Shown: positions 1 to 8,868 of the stretch, in pieces | Layout of the letters: every line of letters starts with the position of its first letter | Numbering within the stretch: position 1 is the first letter of the stretch | Source of the DNA: a virus | Virus record (IMG/VR): IMGVR_UViG_3300020442_000013 | Span: 37,245 to 101,244 of that record | Reading direction: 5' to 3' (one strand) | Length of the DNA: 64,000 nt | Made by a program: the position numbers and the translations under genes | Notes under the pieces: generated by a model | The model's input: only the letters and a program-made list of their open reading frames with translations | Database searches by the model: none | Told to the model about the DNA's origin: nothing

Positions 1-1
1 A

Positions 2-862
2 TACTGACTTAGGTTTGATTGCTCTAAACAATCTACGCATTGCTGGTGATTCACCTTGTGTTACTCCTAGCACGTCTCCGCGACTCAACAAGTCGCTGGT
101 GGCTTTGTCTTCTTTGGGATAGTGTCTCAGTTGTGTTACACCATCTATTTCTAGCAGTTGGCTCAGTCCTCTATTGGCTAGTATATCAACCTTTAGATGT
201 TCTAAGTCTTCTACTTCATATTTGTCTAATAATATTTGATTGTCTTGTGATATTAGTGATTTTGGTAATTGCCTTGTAAACATTACTATGCCTCCACAAT
301 GTTTTGATATTGCTCTTTTCTTACCCATCAGTTTGCCTTCTATACGTTTGGCTTCTTTAGGGTCTACGCCTACTGAATCGTAGGTAAAGTTACGAGGAAG
401 ATTACCTGTGGCTCCAAGTCGCTTGGCAGCTTCTCGGCGGGCTGACTTTTCCTTATAGGTCACATAGTTGCTTAACCTTGCCGTCATGCCTGGCCACTTT
501 TTGAATATGCGTTCCATTACTTCTGTTTGACGCCAATGTTCAAAGTCTATATCAACATCGGGCAGGTCGTCCCTCAAAGGGTTCATAAACCGTGCCACAG
601 GTATACTCCACTCTATAGGGTCTACATCTGTAATACCCAATAGGTAGCATACAAGACTACTACCAGCAGAGCCTCTAGTCATATGAGTAAGGTCTGTAGT
701 TAAGTCTATGATGTCGCAGATTTGTATGAAGTAATCAGTGAAACGCTGGTTAAGAATTAATTCAAATTCTTCTGCCAACCGAGTTTGATATATGTTTCCG
801 GGTGGGATAGGCCTTTTAAATCTATCTAATAGCCTTTGTATGTTTTCTAAATCTGTTGCCAT
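2..862 (-). CDS. dnaE: DNA polymerase III alpha (family C, DnaE-like) lacking the PHP domain; 3' end runs off the window
   Basis: Not in the ORF track; translated by hand from ATG at 862: MATDLENIQ...RLAEEFELI...FTDYF...TRGSAGSSLVCYLLGITDVDP...RFMNPLRDDLPDVDIDF...SKHCGG...LKVDIL...QGESPAMRRLFRAIKP. All DnaE palm motifs are present. Confidence 0.9.
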   Translation of the reverse strand, partial: MATDLENIQRLLDRFKRPIPPGNIYQTRLAEEFELILNQRFTDYFIQICDIIDLTTDLTHMTRGSAGSSLVCYLLGITDVDPIEWSIPVARFMNPLRDDLPDVDIDFEHWRQTEVMERIFKKWPGMTARLSNYVTYKEKSARREAAKRLGATGNLPRNFTYDSVGVDPKEAKRIEGKLMGKKRAISKHCGGIVMFTRQLPKSLISQDNQILLDKYEVEDLEHLKVDILANRGLSQLLEIDGVTQLRHYPKEDKATSDLLSRGDVLGVTQGESPAMRRLFRAIKPKSV

Positions 863-911
863 TTTAGCCTCTTGCGTGTCTTGTTATGCCTAATGCACTC
901 TTGTGCAAGAG

Positions 912-919
912 TATTTATA
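912..919 (-). promoter_or_regulatory. T4-type late promoter TATAAATA upstream of the dnaE-like gene
   Basis: Exact TATAAATA on the minus strand, about 50 nt upstream of ATG 862. Confidence 0.6.
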
Positions 920-949
920 TTTTGGAAAACACCGACAACAGAAAAAAGA

Positions 950-1480
950 TTATAGATAATTGACTACTAAGGTTATCCTTCTACCTGATGTTGGTGTTAA
1001 ATGACAATGTTCTAGGTTGCCATCGAATATAATTGCATCATTGGGTTTAGGTTCAAAACTTTTCTGATCATCTTTGTACCTAACCATAGTTGCACCGCCT
1101 TCAAACATACTCATGTAAACCAGTAGATTAAAGTGAGGAAAACTTAAATCTTTATGCCAACTTGATTGCTTTAGTTCTCCGTCAAAGGTTGAATTTAAAT
1201 TTATTCTGTATATTGTGTTTAGTTGGATATTGTTTGCTTGTAGTATTTCTTCTATTACTTTGTAACTTAAATCAAACAAAGGACTAGTCACTGAACTATA
1301 TGATTTCCCAGGCATAGGTCTACTCATAATCATATGACTGTAGTATGGTAATTCTTTCTCTCTATTTTCTCCTGGAAAGCTCATAGGATCATGATAGTTC
1401 CAAGTCATATCAGATTCAAATATTATATTTTGTAGTTGTTGATAATTTTGTGTACAAGGATTCTTTAATTGTTGTATCAA
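950..1480 (-). CDS. 2OG-Fe(II) oxygenase family protein
   Basis: HxD (WHKD) ... H (LEHCH) ... R (RRITLV) pattern typical of phage 2OG-Fe(II) oxygenases. Confidence 0.75.
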   Translation of the reverse strand: MIQQLKNPCTQNYQQLQNIIFESDMTWNYHDPMSFPGENREKELPYYSHMIMSRPMPGKSYSSVTSPLFDLSYKVIEEILQANNIQLNTIYRINLNSTFDGELKQSSWHKDLSFPHFNLLVYMSMFEGGATMVRYKDDQKSFEPKPNDAIIFDGNLEHCHLTPTSGRRITLVVNYL

Positions 1481-2908
1481 CTATTCATCTCCTAGATTAT
1501 TTAAAAATTGTCTTAGTTTTGTAGAATCTGTTTCAGCCCTTATTTTTCCTACAGTATCTCCTTTGCTTGGATCAACATCTTCTTCGTTGGCAGGTTCTGC
1601 TGTAGATGATCTTTTCAAGCTATCATAAATTGTTGACTTGCGTTTGTTAAATTCTTGATAATCATCATCTTCTGCTAAATCTCTAATACGCAAACTGTCT
1701 ACATCAAATTCAAGATCAACTTTTGCACCTACACCACTAGAACTTCTAGTTTTCATTAACTGTATTTGATATCTACCACGTTCACGCATAGCTCTACTTG
1801 TAAAGATACCAATCACGTTATCAGCAGTTTGAATCTTACTAAGGCCACCACTAATATGCGAATGATCAAATTCTATTTCTTCTACTGCACCTCTATTCAA
1901 TTGTGCCGCAGTAACAAAGACTGTATTCAACTCCATTGCTAGATTACGTAGTTCTTCTGATACAAACTTATCTTTAATAAACAAGTTTTCTGCACTTACC
2001 CTTGCACCATTAGGCATAAGCAAATCAAGATAATCAATCAATAACACATCAATCTTGCGTCCTGTTTTAATTTCATATTCTTTGATATAACTTCTTACAT
2101 CATTAGGAGTCTTACCACTAGGCATATACTTGACTTGGAATGCCCCAGACTTCTTACCTATCATTTTTACTTTCATCTCAACATCATCTATTGATTTGAA
2201 AATATCACGAGTTGGAATATCTGTAACCATACTATCAACACGCATACTAACCAAGTTCTCAGAAAGTTCAAGAGTTAAGTATAAAACGTTCATACCTGCT
2301 AGTGCCCAGTTAACTCCTAAGTTTGCTAAGAACAAACTCTTACCTGCACCAGAACCACCTGCAAATATATTCAGTTCTCCTCTATTGAAACCACCGAATA
2401 GTTTTTTATCTAAACTTGCCCAGCCAGTTGTAACCTGTCCGTTATTATCTTTAATTGCTGTTAGTCTAGCCTTAGGATCTTTCCAATAGTCTGTGCCTAA
2501 GTCTTTTTGCAATCCAATTTGTACTGCCTTCTTTACCAAGTCTTCTACTGGACCATACTCTCCCTTTTCAAGCAAGTCTGCACCTTTCAGTATCGCCGAT
2601 TCTAGTGCTTTGTGTCTACTAAAAGTTTCAAACTCTGCTAGTAGCCAATCATAATGATTTTCTGCTAACTCACCAGGATGTTTTAGATCTGCTTTGGTTG
2701 CGGCATTGATTATATCAAAAGTAGGAAGTGCGTTATGTTCACTTACGTAGTCATTTAAAAATTTTGCTGTTTCTTGTAGACGTCTATCAAACGCTCTATG
2801 ATCAAATACACTTTGACATCTTACAAATGTTTCAGCATCAGTAAGCATCATTTCTAGATATACTTTTTGTATATCATATCCATAATCTGTATTTTGTCTA
2901 GTTGCCAT
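1481..2908 (-). CDS. gp41: Replicative DNA helicase (DnaB/T4 gp41-like)
   Basis: Walker A GGSGAGKS, LIDYLDL, TAAQLNR, KTR motifs. Confidence 0.93.
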   Translation of the reverse strand: MATRQNTDYGYDIQKVYLEMMLTDAETFVRCQSVFDHRAFDRRLQETAKFLNDYVSEHNALPTFDIINAATKADLKHPGELAENHYDWLLAEFETFSRHKALESAILKGADLLEKGEYGPVEDLVKKAVQIGLQKDLGTDYWKDPKARLTAIKDNNGQVTTGWASLDKKLFGGFNRGELNIFAGGSGAGKSLFLANLGVNWALAGMNVLYLTLELSENLVSMRVDSMVTDIPTRDIFKSIDDVEMKVKMIGKKSGAFQVKYMPSGKTPNDVRSYIKEYEIKTGRKIDVLLIDYLDLLMPNGARVSAENLFIKDKFVSEELRNLAMELNTVFVTAAQLNRGAVEEIEFDHSHISGGLSKIQTADNVIGIFTSRAMRERGRYQIQLMKTRSSSGVGAKVDLEFDVDSLRIRDLAEDDDYQEFNKRKSTIYDSLKRSSTAEPANEEDVDPSKGDTVGKIRAETDSTKLRQFLNNLGDE

Positions 2909-3056
2909 TAAGTACCTTTTCTAATTCTTTTAATATATCTATATATTGATATACCACCCTCTTCTTCTCCTCATCTGAAACATTGCTATAAACAACTTCC
3001 ATCATTTTAGGAAATTCTTCTGTAAGTCTTTTGTTTATTATAGCTTCTGATACCAT
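2898..3056 (-). CDS. Small hypothetical protein (52 aa)
   Basis: Hand-read ORF MVSEAIINKRLTEEF...KVLNGN* fills the gap and overlaps both neighbours. Confidence 0.5.
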   Translation of the reverse strand: MVSEAIINKRLTEEFPKMMEVVYSNVSDEEKKRVVYQYIDILKELEKVLNGN

Positions 3057-4009
3057 CGTTTGTCAAGTTCTATTTTGGTTTTTGTTTGTGCTAGTACAGC
3101 ACCTATACAGCTACCAGGATCGCCTGGATTTGGTGGTACCCAACAGTTTTCCCATTCTTTTGCCACTAGCCCTATTGCTTCTTTGTTTAAGGCGCCGCCT
3201 CCTGCGAAAGCCACAGCCTTACCATGATTTGTTTTCCAGTGGGCATAGTTGCTTAATATCTTTACACAATAATTAAATACTGCTTGTGTAGCGGCAGCAA
3301 TATCATACATGTCTTGTTTTGAAGTAAGTTCAGGTCTCCACCACATGCAACCTCTATGTAAGTTTTCACGCATGCGTATAGAGGGTTTATGTGCATCTTG
3401 ATTTACCTTTATAATTTCTTGTAGCATGGTATGCATAAGTTTAATACCATCACCTTTCTTTGCCCATTCAGAGACAAGATACTCATCTCGTTGTGGCACT
3501 AATCCTATACGTTGTGTCATAGCACTATAAAAAAGTCCTAGGCTATGTGGATATCCTTGACTGTGAATCTTTTTTAATTTATTATCTTTTCCATGCCATA
3601 TTGTAAGAGTTTCAAATTCACCTATACTATCTAAACATATTACTGCACAGTCATCATGTGGCTGTGTGTAGTATGCATATGCGGCATGACTTAGATGATG
3701 TTTTGTATAGCTTACAGGCACATCTAAATCCCAACGTTTCAAGTAATTAGGAATATTATTTTCTTTCAACAACCATCCTTGTCCGGCTCTCCATTGGCGA
3801 AGTGTTTTTAAGAAAGGCTTTTCATACCATTGTATAGACCAAGGCGGACCAAAACTTTGTTTTGCAACTTCTATCTGTGTCCAGTTAAAGTCTGGATCAT
3901 TTGGAACTTTTGAAAAGTCTTTTGCTAGACTTGCCCATAAAAGTTTATCATCATCAAATACAGCAAGACTTGCATCATGGCTATTACCAACCATTCCCCA
4001 TTGTATCAT
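3038..4009 (-). CDS. Carbamoyltransferase N-terminal (Kae1-like) domain only
   Basis: SHDASLAV, HHLSHAAYAYY, LDSIGE, SLGLFYSAMT, GGGALN, PGDPGSCIG motifs; ends before any YrdC-like C-terminal domain. Start at 4009 (GGAGG SD, ATGA overlap with the upstream gene). Confidence 0.85.
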   Translation of the reverse strand: MIQWGMVGNSHDASLAVFDDDKLLWASLAKDFSKVPNDPDFNWTQIEVAKQSFGPPWSIQWYEKPFLKTLRQWRAGQGWLLKENNIPNYLKRWDLDVPVSYTKHHLSHAAYAYYTQPHDDCAVICLDSIGEFETLTIWHGKDNKLKKIHSQGYPHSLGLFYSAMTQRIGLVPQRDEYLVSEWAKKGDGIKLMHTMLQEIIKVNQDAHKPSIRMRENLHRGCMWWRPELTSKQDMYDIAAATQAVFNYCVKILSNYAHWKTNHGKAVAFAGGGALNKEAIGLVAKEWENCWVPPNPGDPGSCIGAVLAQTKTKIELDKRWYQKL

Positions 4010-4665
4010 ACTACTTCCTCCATAGCCCATTGTCTTTCTTTACACCACCAACATTCACCACAAGGTACAGTAAAGTTTTGTGTTGATTCTATGGTGCCCT
4101 CACAACTCCAAGTCTTTTCAAACAAAGACATAATATCTAATTTTTTATACTGCTTCATTATTGTTCTTTTGTCGTTTTGTGCAAACGGTCTGAATACTGG
4201 TACTAGTAACCATTCGTCTTCAATTTTTAAAGGCATAGGCTTATCTCTACGTTTGTCTCTGCCTTCATCTAATATTCCTTTTGGTGGATTCATCGTAACA
4301 CCATTAAGCATAAGATCTAAATTATATTTCTTAGCAACATTGTGTAACATACTTTTTCTATATATTACATTTGGATCAGTACCAGCTTGTTCACCCCTCT
4401 TACGCTGACGTTTAAAAATATGATCTTTAATACTTTTTGTGCCTGTAAGTCTTATTACCTCTTGCACTACATCTTTTGCATATTGTTCATTAAAATTATT
4501 TTCTGTGTTTAATGATCCGGTTATAACATATATGTCAGCTTCATTTATACACTTGACTAAATTATAAAGCAATAGAGCACTATCTGCTCCACCACTAACT
4601 TGTACACCAACACGTTTTACGTTTGGAAAAATTGTCCATAAGTCTGCGTCTAGATAATTTTCCAT
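4006..4665 (-). CDS. QueC-like PP-loop ATPase (7-cyano-7-deazaguanine synthase-like)
   Basis: PP-loop SGGADS; C-terminal TWSC...PCGECWWCKER zinc motif. Confidence 0.75.
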   Translation of the reverse strand: MENYLDADLWTIFPNVKRVGVQVSGGADSALLLYNLVKCINEADIYVITGSLNTENNFNEQYAKDVVQEVIRLTGTKSIKDHIFKRQRKRGEQAGTDPNVIYRKSMLHNVAKKYNLDLMLNGVTMNPPKGILDEGRDKRRDKPMPLKIEDEWLLVPVFRPFAQNDKRTIMKQYKKLDIMSLFEKTWSCEGTIESTQNFTVPCGECWWCKERQWAMEEVV

Positions 4666-4673
4666 AGCATAAT

Positions 4674-4916
4674 CTAAGATTTAAATTTTTTCCATAATTT
4701 ATGCAACACATAAAACCATACTGAGTTTATTGCAGGCTCTACGATTGCTACTGCCCCTGCTTCCCAAATACTTGCACCTGTAATAGCACTTACAACACAC
4801 ATAGCAATTAGTATGTGTCCTATAAAAAATATAATTGCTAGTGCTAGACTTTCATCCATTTTGTGTTTTACAGCATTAACTATACCTTTTGTAAATTCAG
4901 TCATCAATTGAACCAC
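4674..4916 (-). CDS. Small membrane protein (DUF2061-like)
   Basis: Two hydrophobic segments; ITGAS..EAG.VA.VEP..N.VWFY..H..W pattern. Confidence 0.55.
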   Translation of the reverse strand: MVQLMTEFTKGIVNAVKHKMDESLALAIIFFIGHILIAMCVVSAITGASIWEAGAVAIVEPAINSVWFYVLHKLWKKFKS

Positions 4917-4924
4917 TCTCCTTT

Positions 4925-5068
4925 CTATTTGTAGATATAAGGATCTTTTTTCTTCATAGCCTTAATCTTTTTTTGATATTCTCTTTCTTCCTTCCAGTCA
5001 TCATATCTTGCGATCCAATACTTGATAGGAAAGGTTACCATATCTATTATAGCTTTTAACCAAACCAT
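4925..5068 (-). CDS. Small hypothetical protein (47 aa) ending KKKDPYIYK
   Basis: Hand-read ORF with AAGGAG SD; basic C-terminus. Confidence 0.6.
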   Translation of the reverse strand: MVWLKAIIDMVTFPIKYWIARYDDWKEEREYQKKIKAMKKKDPYIYK

Positions 5069-6036
5069 TTTTTCTCCTTTAGTCTTATTTTTAAAGGACT
5101 TGTTTCTACAGCACTAACAATTTTATGTAGTGCATATAGACGTCCGTGTTTGTTAACTGCTTCACCTATGTCGTTTATATTTTCACCCCAGTCGGGCATA
5201 GAAACTCCCCAACCTAAATCAATTGCTTCTTGAATTAATTTAGATCCTGCCTCATCTCTATCAGGTACGACAATAACATCTTTATTTAATCTGTTTATAA
5301 GCATCGCTTGTTGATCTTTGATTTCGCTTCCTAACAACGCAACTCCTTCTATGTGTATTGCATCTAATGGACCTTCGCATACAATAGTAAAAACTTTGTT
5401 AGGACTTTGTTCATCTAAATTGAATACGTAACCTGGTTGTTGTTCTGACAAGTACTTAGGTTTCTTATCATTTAATACTGTTCTCGCAGTCCACCCAACA
5501 ATACGTTTTTCAAAATAAAATGGAATAATCAATCTATCTCTATAGCCTAAGTTAGATGACCAAAAATATTTTGTATCATCTAAGTTTAGATTTCTTGTAG
5601 CCATATAATTTAATACAGCCATACTATGTTTGTCAAAATCTTTTATACTTGAAATTTCAATAGAGTTATCAGGTAAGTCTACAGTATTAAACTTCGGTAG
5701 ATCAACAATTTGTTTTTTAATCTGTACACCTTCATTTTCTTGCATGACTTGTAGTGCAAGTTTATTAATTACATCATCTGGTGCATTTAACCATTTCAAC
5801 AAGTTTCTAAATTTGTAAGATATATTACGTCCTGGCTGCCAGCTGGCCTTGAATCCGCAATTGAAACAATGATAACTTAGAGCATCACCTTCTTGTATGA
5901 TGCCGCCTCGTTGTCTTGTATCAACGGATTGGCCATTATGCTGACAACACGGAGCATTGAAGGAGATCCAACCGCTAGGCGTTTTTTTACGCTTAGGCGG
6001 AAGATATGTCAGAACTGTCTCGGCTACAATACTCAT
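5056..6036 (-). CDS. gp61: DNA primase (T4 gp61-like)
   Basis: N-terminal Zn-binding APCC...HCFNCG; TOPRIM CEGPLDA and PDRDEAG. Confidence 0.9.
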   Translation of the reverse strand: MSIVAETVLTYLPPKRKKTPSGWISFNAPCCQHNGQSVDTRQRGGIIQEGDALSYHCFNCGFKASWQPGRNISYKFRNLLKWLNAPDDVINKLALQVMQENEGVQIKKQIVDLPKFNTVDLPDNSIEISSIKDFDKHSMAVLNYMATRNLNLDDTKYFWSSNLGYRDRLIIPFYFEKRIVGWTARTVLNDKKPKYLSEQQPGYVFNLDEQSPNKVFTIVCEGPLDAIHIEGVALLGSEIKDQQAMLINRLNKDVIVVPDRDEAGSKLIQEAIDLGWGVSMPDWGENINDIGEAVNKHGRLYALHKIVSAVETSPLKIRLKEKKWFG

Positions 6037-6042
6037 AGTGTT

Positions 6043-6071
6043 ATTATAGCGCCTTAAATGGCAAAAGTCAA
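6043..6071 (-). promoter_or_regulatory. Sigma70-type promoter for primase (TTGACT-17-TATAAT), 6 nt from ATG
   Basis: ttgact tttgccatttaaggcgc tataat aacact ATG; no SD. Confidence 0.75.
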
Positions 6072-6863
6072 CTAGTTTCTAACAAGTATTTTTGAAATTT
6101 TATTGGTTGGTGACGCTGTAGTTTTAAATCTAATATAACTGTATACACCATTAAAGTTTACAGGAATTGGTGTAGTTTCTGTACCTGTGAATGTTACAGT
6201 AGCAATGTCTCCCCAATGTGTAGATTCTGTTACTACCGAATCCAAAGTAGCTTGAACTACAACATCTCCAATATATGTATCTGTATATATAGCGGCTGTA
6301 TGTAGTGCTTCATTTCCGTTTATTGCCGGCTCAGCTGATCTTGATTCACTGAAAAATATTTCACTCTCTTCATCGTTTTGTTGAAATTGTGTAAAACTAT
6401 ATGAATCTCTTGGTCCAGGCATAGCATCAGATATTACTTTAATAGTACCAGAATTTCCAAAGAAGCTATCTGAGTATGTTATTGTTTTATCACTATTAGA
6501 ATCTACTAGGTGTATGTTATATCTTAGATACTGATCTTTTACATTAAGTAAATCGTTTTCTGTAATGGTGACTGTACATAGTCCTCTTGTAGCGGCACTA
6601 TCATCTCCTGTTACAGCAGTAGCATCGTGTTCAATTATTAAACTTTTGTTCTCATCAAATGCTGTAAATTTTACAGTATAACCACTTATTGATAATGGTT
6701 TTTGATCTGCATTTAAAATTCTAAATTGTAATTTGTTATCTATATTCTTATATATTTTTATTTGTCTTTGGTACACTGGTCTATACTCCGTTATGAATCC
6801 TGAGTCATTAGCGACAATTTGGATTCTGTTATTGACTAAATATCTAGGTATTAGCTGCGACAT
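6072..6863 (-). CDS. Hypothetical late (probably virion) protein
   Basis: 263-aa beta-rich ORF preceded by GATAAATA at 6869-6876. Confidence 0.5.
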   Translation of the reverse strand: MSQLIPRYLVNNRIQIVANDSGFITEYRPVYQRQIKIYKNIDNKLQFRILNADQKPLSISGYTVKFTAFDENKSLIIEHDATAVTGDDSAATRGLCTVTITENDLLNVKDQYLRYNIHLVDSNSDKTITYSDSFFGNSGTIKVISDAMPGPRDSYSFTQFQQNDEESEIFFSESRSAEPAINGNEALHTAAIYTDTYIGDVVVQATLDSVVTESTHWGDIATVTFTGTETTPIPVNFNGVYSYIRFKTTASPTNKISKILVRN

Positions 6864-6892
6864 GCTAGTATTTATCGGATAAAAAATTAATA

Positions 6893-7264
6893 ATGCTACT
6901 AAAAAATATAGAGAATGACTTCCCGTTTATAAGTGTAGCTACATATGGTGGTATAGAATATGTAGGTATAATTGTAAATCAAGATCAATACGTCACTACA
7001 ATGTACGTATATAATGATCTTATAGATGACAAACACAAAAAACAATTTTTAGAATTAGGAGATATATGGTGGTGGGAATCAAACAGAATGATTCCGATCA
7101 ATATATTCCTTAGAGCTGAGATGGAAAAGTTTCAGTACGCTTTGATGTCAATGAATTCTAAAGATGTTAAAATTACTATAGGACCTGTTGTAAACTTAGG
7201 TAATTTATCTGTGAAGAGAATTAAGCGTAAATCTGTGCAATTAGTTAGGCGCCAGAAGAAGTAA
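6893..7264 (+). CDS. Hypothetical phage protein
   Basis: 123-aa ORF divergent from the 6863 ORF; WWWESNR.IPI motif; no function recognised. Confidence 0.65.
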   Translation: MLLKNIENDFPFISVATYGGIEYVGIIVNQDQYVTTMYVYNDLIDDKHKKQFLELGDIWWWESNRMIPINIFLRAEMEKFQYALMSMNSKDVKITIGPVVNLGNLSVKRIKRKSVQLVRRQKK

Positions 7265-7484
7265 CGTATTTTATATACCTGTAGTATATATAATCAAATA
7301 AAATAGTATTAAAAAGCAAACCAATTGCTGTAATCTGAAAACCGATCAAAAACGGTAAAAGCCAAAGCCAAAGAAACATTTTCACCAAATAATCTGTAAC
7401 AAAGATTTTGGGCACTATATATGTTCGCCAAGGTCCTAGTTCTGGTTTTTTATTTGGTCTATAATCTTCAAATTCCCAATTCAT
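7245..7484 (-). CDS. Small membrane protein
   Basis: 79 aa with a hydrophobic central region; ATGA overlap with the upstream gene. Confidence 0.5.
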   Translation of the reverse strand: MNWEFEDYRPNKKPELGPWRTYIVPKIFVTDYLVKMFLWLWLLPFLIGFQITAIGLLFNTILFDYIYYRYIKYVTSSGA

Positions 7485-8164
7485 CTATTCTCCCACTCTT
7501 GTTTATCTAATATAATATACCAAGCTCGATACGGCTTGGCCATTGAGTTATTTCTTAATCTATCTTTGCCGGATCTATTTTTTTCAGGCCACCACAAAAA
7601 AGGTTGAACACTCTCTGGAAATACTTTTTTATTTGCTATACTACCCCAATTTGTTTTCCAAAATAGTCTACTTGTATATTTAAAAATCTCATTTATAAAA
7701 TATTCATAGTCAAATAATTCGTCTGGATATTTGTTCTCGTAACCACCTGGTAGTTCTTCTCTATCAAAAACTGATCTTGTAATTGTAATCATATCATAAT
7801 TTTTTGGTAATACAATAGGTTTTTTATTTTTTATTTCTAACAAGTGTCGAGGTGTTTTCATTTTTGCAAACATTTGTTGGTACAAACCACCGTCGAATGT
7901 TGATTTTACATCAGTTGCTTCTACTTCTATATCGTACCAATAATTTAAAAGCACACCTAATAATCCTACACCTGCACCTATATCACATACAGTTTTAACA
8001 TTCTCTATATCCATATGTTGTATGCAAAATTGTTTTTCATTATAGTAGTTCCAAAAGTTTTTGGAATACTTATAACCTTCTTCGTAGATAGTTTTGCCTG
8101 TTTCGTCTCTTTCTGATTTTACTTCAAGCTCGTCTAAAAATTTTCTAAACTTTTCTATGTTCAT
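7481..8164 (-). CDS. Class I SAM-dependent methyltransferase-like protein
   Basis: Motif I VCDIGAGVG, acidic residue after strand 2 (ATDV), YDMI. Confidence 0.7.
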   Translation of the reverse strand: MNIEKFRKFLDELEVKSERDETGKTIYEEGYKYSKNFWNYYNEKQFCIQHMDIENVKTVCDIGAGVGLLGVLLNYWYDIEVEATDVKSTFDGGLYQQMFAKMKTPRHLLEIKNKKPIVLPKNYDMITITRSVFDREELPGGYENKYPDELFDYEYFINEIFKYTSRLFWKTNWGSIANKKVFPESVQPFLWWPEKNRSGKDRLRNNSMAKPYRAWYIILDKQEWENR

Positions 8165-8717
8165 CTAATTGCTCGCATAGTAAATTCATATGAACAACAC
8201 ATGACATGGCGTAGGCTACTGCATGTGCTTTCTTAAAATAATATTCACCGTCTTTTGGTTTTGTCCAAACAGTTTTCATTATCGTTGGCCACGGCTGACT
8301 TGCTAGATGTCTCTTTGCTGGTCTTATTATTGCTAGTGTCGCCGCCAATTGTTCTACCGAGGTAGGTTTCAAGCGTTTCAAGAGATCGCTGTGACCGCTT
8401 AGATGAAATACTTGATCTACGAAGTCTTTGTGCTCCAAAAGTTCCCATATTGGTTTCCTTTCCATTAATGTCTGTAAGTGGGCTTCGTCTTTAATGTCTT
8501 TGTATATGCTGACATTAAGAAAGTCTAACTTAAAGTATCCGCGATCTTCTGCGTCTTTATAGTCAATTGTCGATAAATTATCTACGGGATTGTGTGGAAT
8601 TTCTGTTACATAAACACCCGTATTGTGTTTTTTGTTTGTATCTAATTTTGCTATTCTATGATCTATCAAAGAAAGAATTTGTTCTCTATCTGCAAAGTCT
8701 ATATCTATATCAGGCAT
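8145..8717 (-). CDS. Minimal DnaE-like (family C polymerase) core fragment, 190 aa
   Basis: Starts directly at catalytic MPDIDIDF, then KKHNTGVY, GYFKLDFL, KPTSVEQLAATLAIIRP and YYFKKAHAVAYA. Confidence 0.85.
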   Translation of the reverse strand: MPDIDIDFADREQILSLIDHRIAKLDTNKKHNTGVYVTEIPHNPVDNLSTIDYKDAEDRGYFKLDFLNVSIYKDIKDEAHLQTLMERKPIWELLEHKDFVDQVFHLSGHSDLLKRLKPTSVEQLAATLAIIRPAKRHLASQPWPTIMKTVWTKPKDGEYYFKKAHAVAYAMSCVVHMNLLCEQLDEHRKV

Positions 8718-8868
8718 TTATTTTTTCCTTGCATTTCTTTCCGTGTTCTTTATTATAATCATATTCACTAACTTGTTTTTTGCATATTTCACAGGTATGA
8801 TCTTTCCATTCCTTGCGTCTTCTTTTTAATTCAGCCCAATATTTAGGATGTCTAAATTCATGCGCCAT
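8710..8868 (-). CDS. Small zinc-finger-like protein (52 aa)
   Basis: Hand-read ORF MAHEFRHPKY...CEICKK...EHGKKC...; overlaps both neighbours. Confidence 0.5.
   Translation of the reverse strand: MAHEFRHPKYWAELKRRRKEWKDHTCEICKKQVSEYDYNKEHGKKCKEKINA

Noticed and set aside
40-279. 79-aa plus-strand ORF in the track
   Set aside because: Lies antisense to the dnaE-like gene, which has clear motifs.
4006-4665. Complete 7-deazaguanine DNA modification pathway
   Set aside because: Only a QueC-like gene is present; no folE, queD, queE or dpdA in the window.
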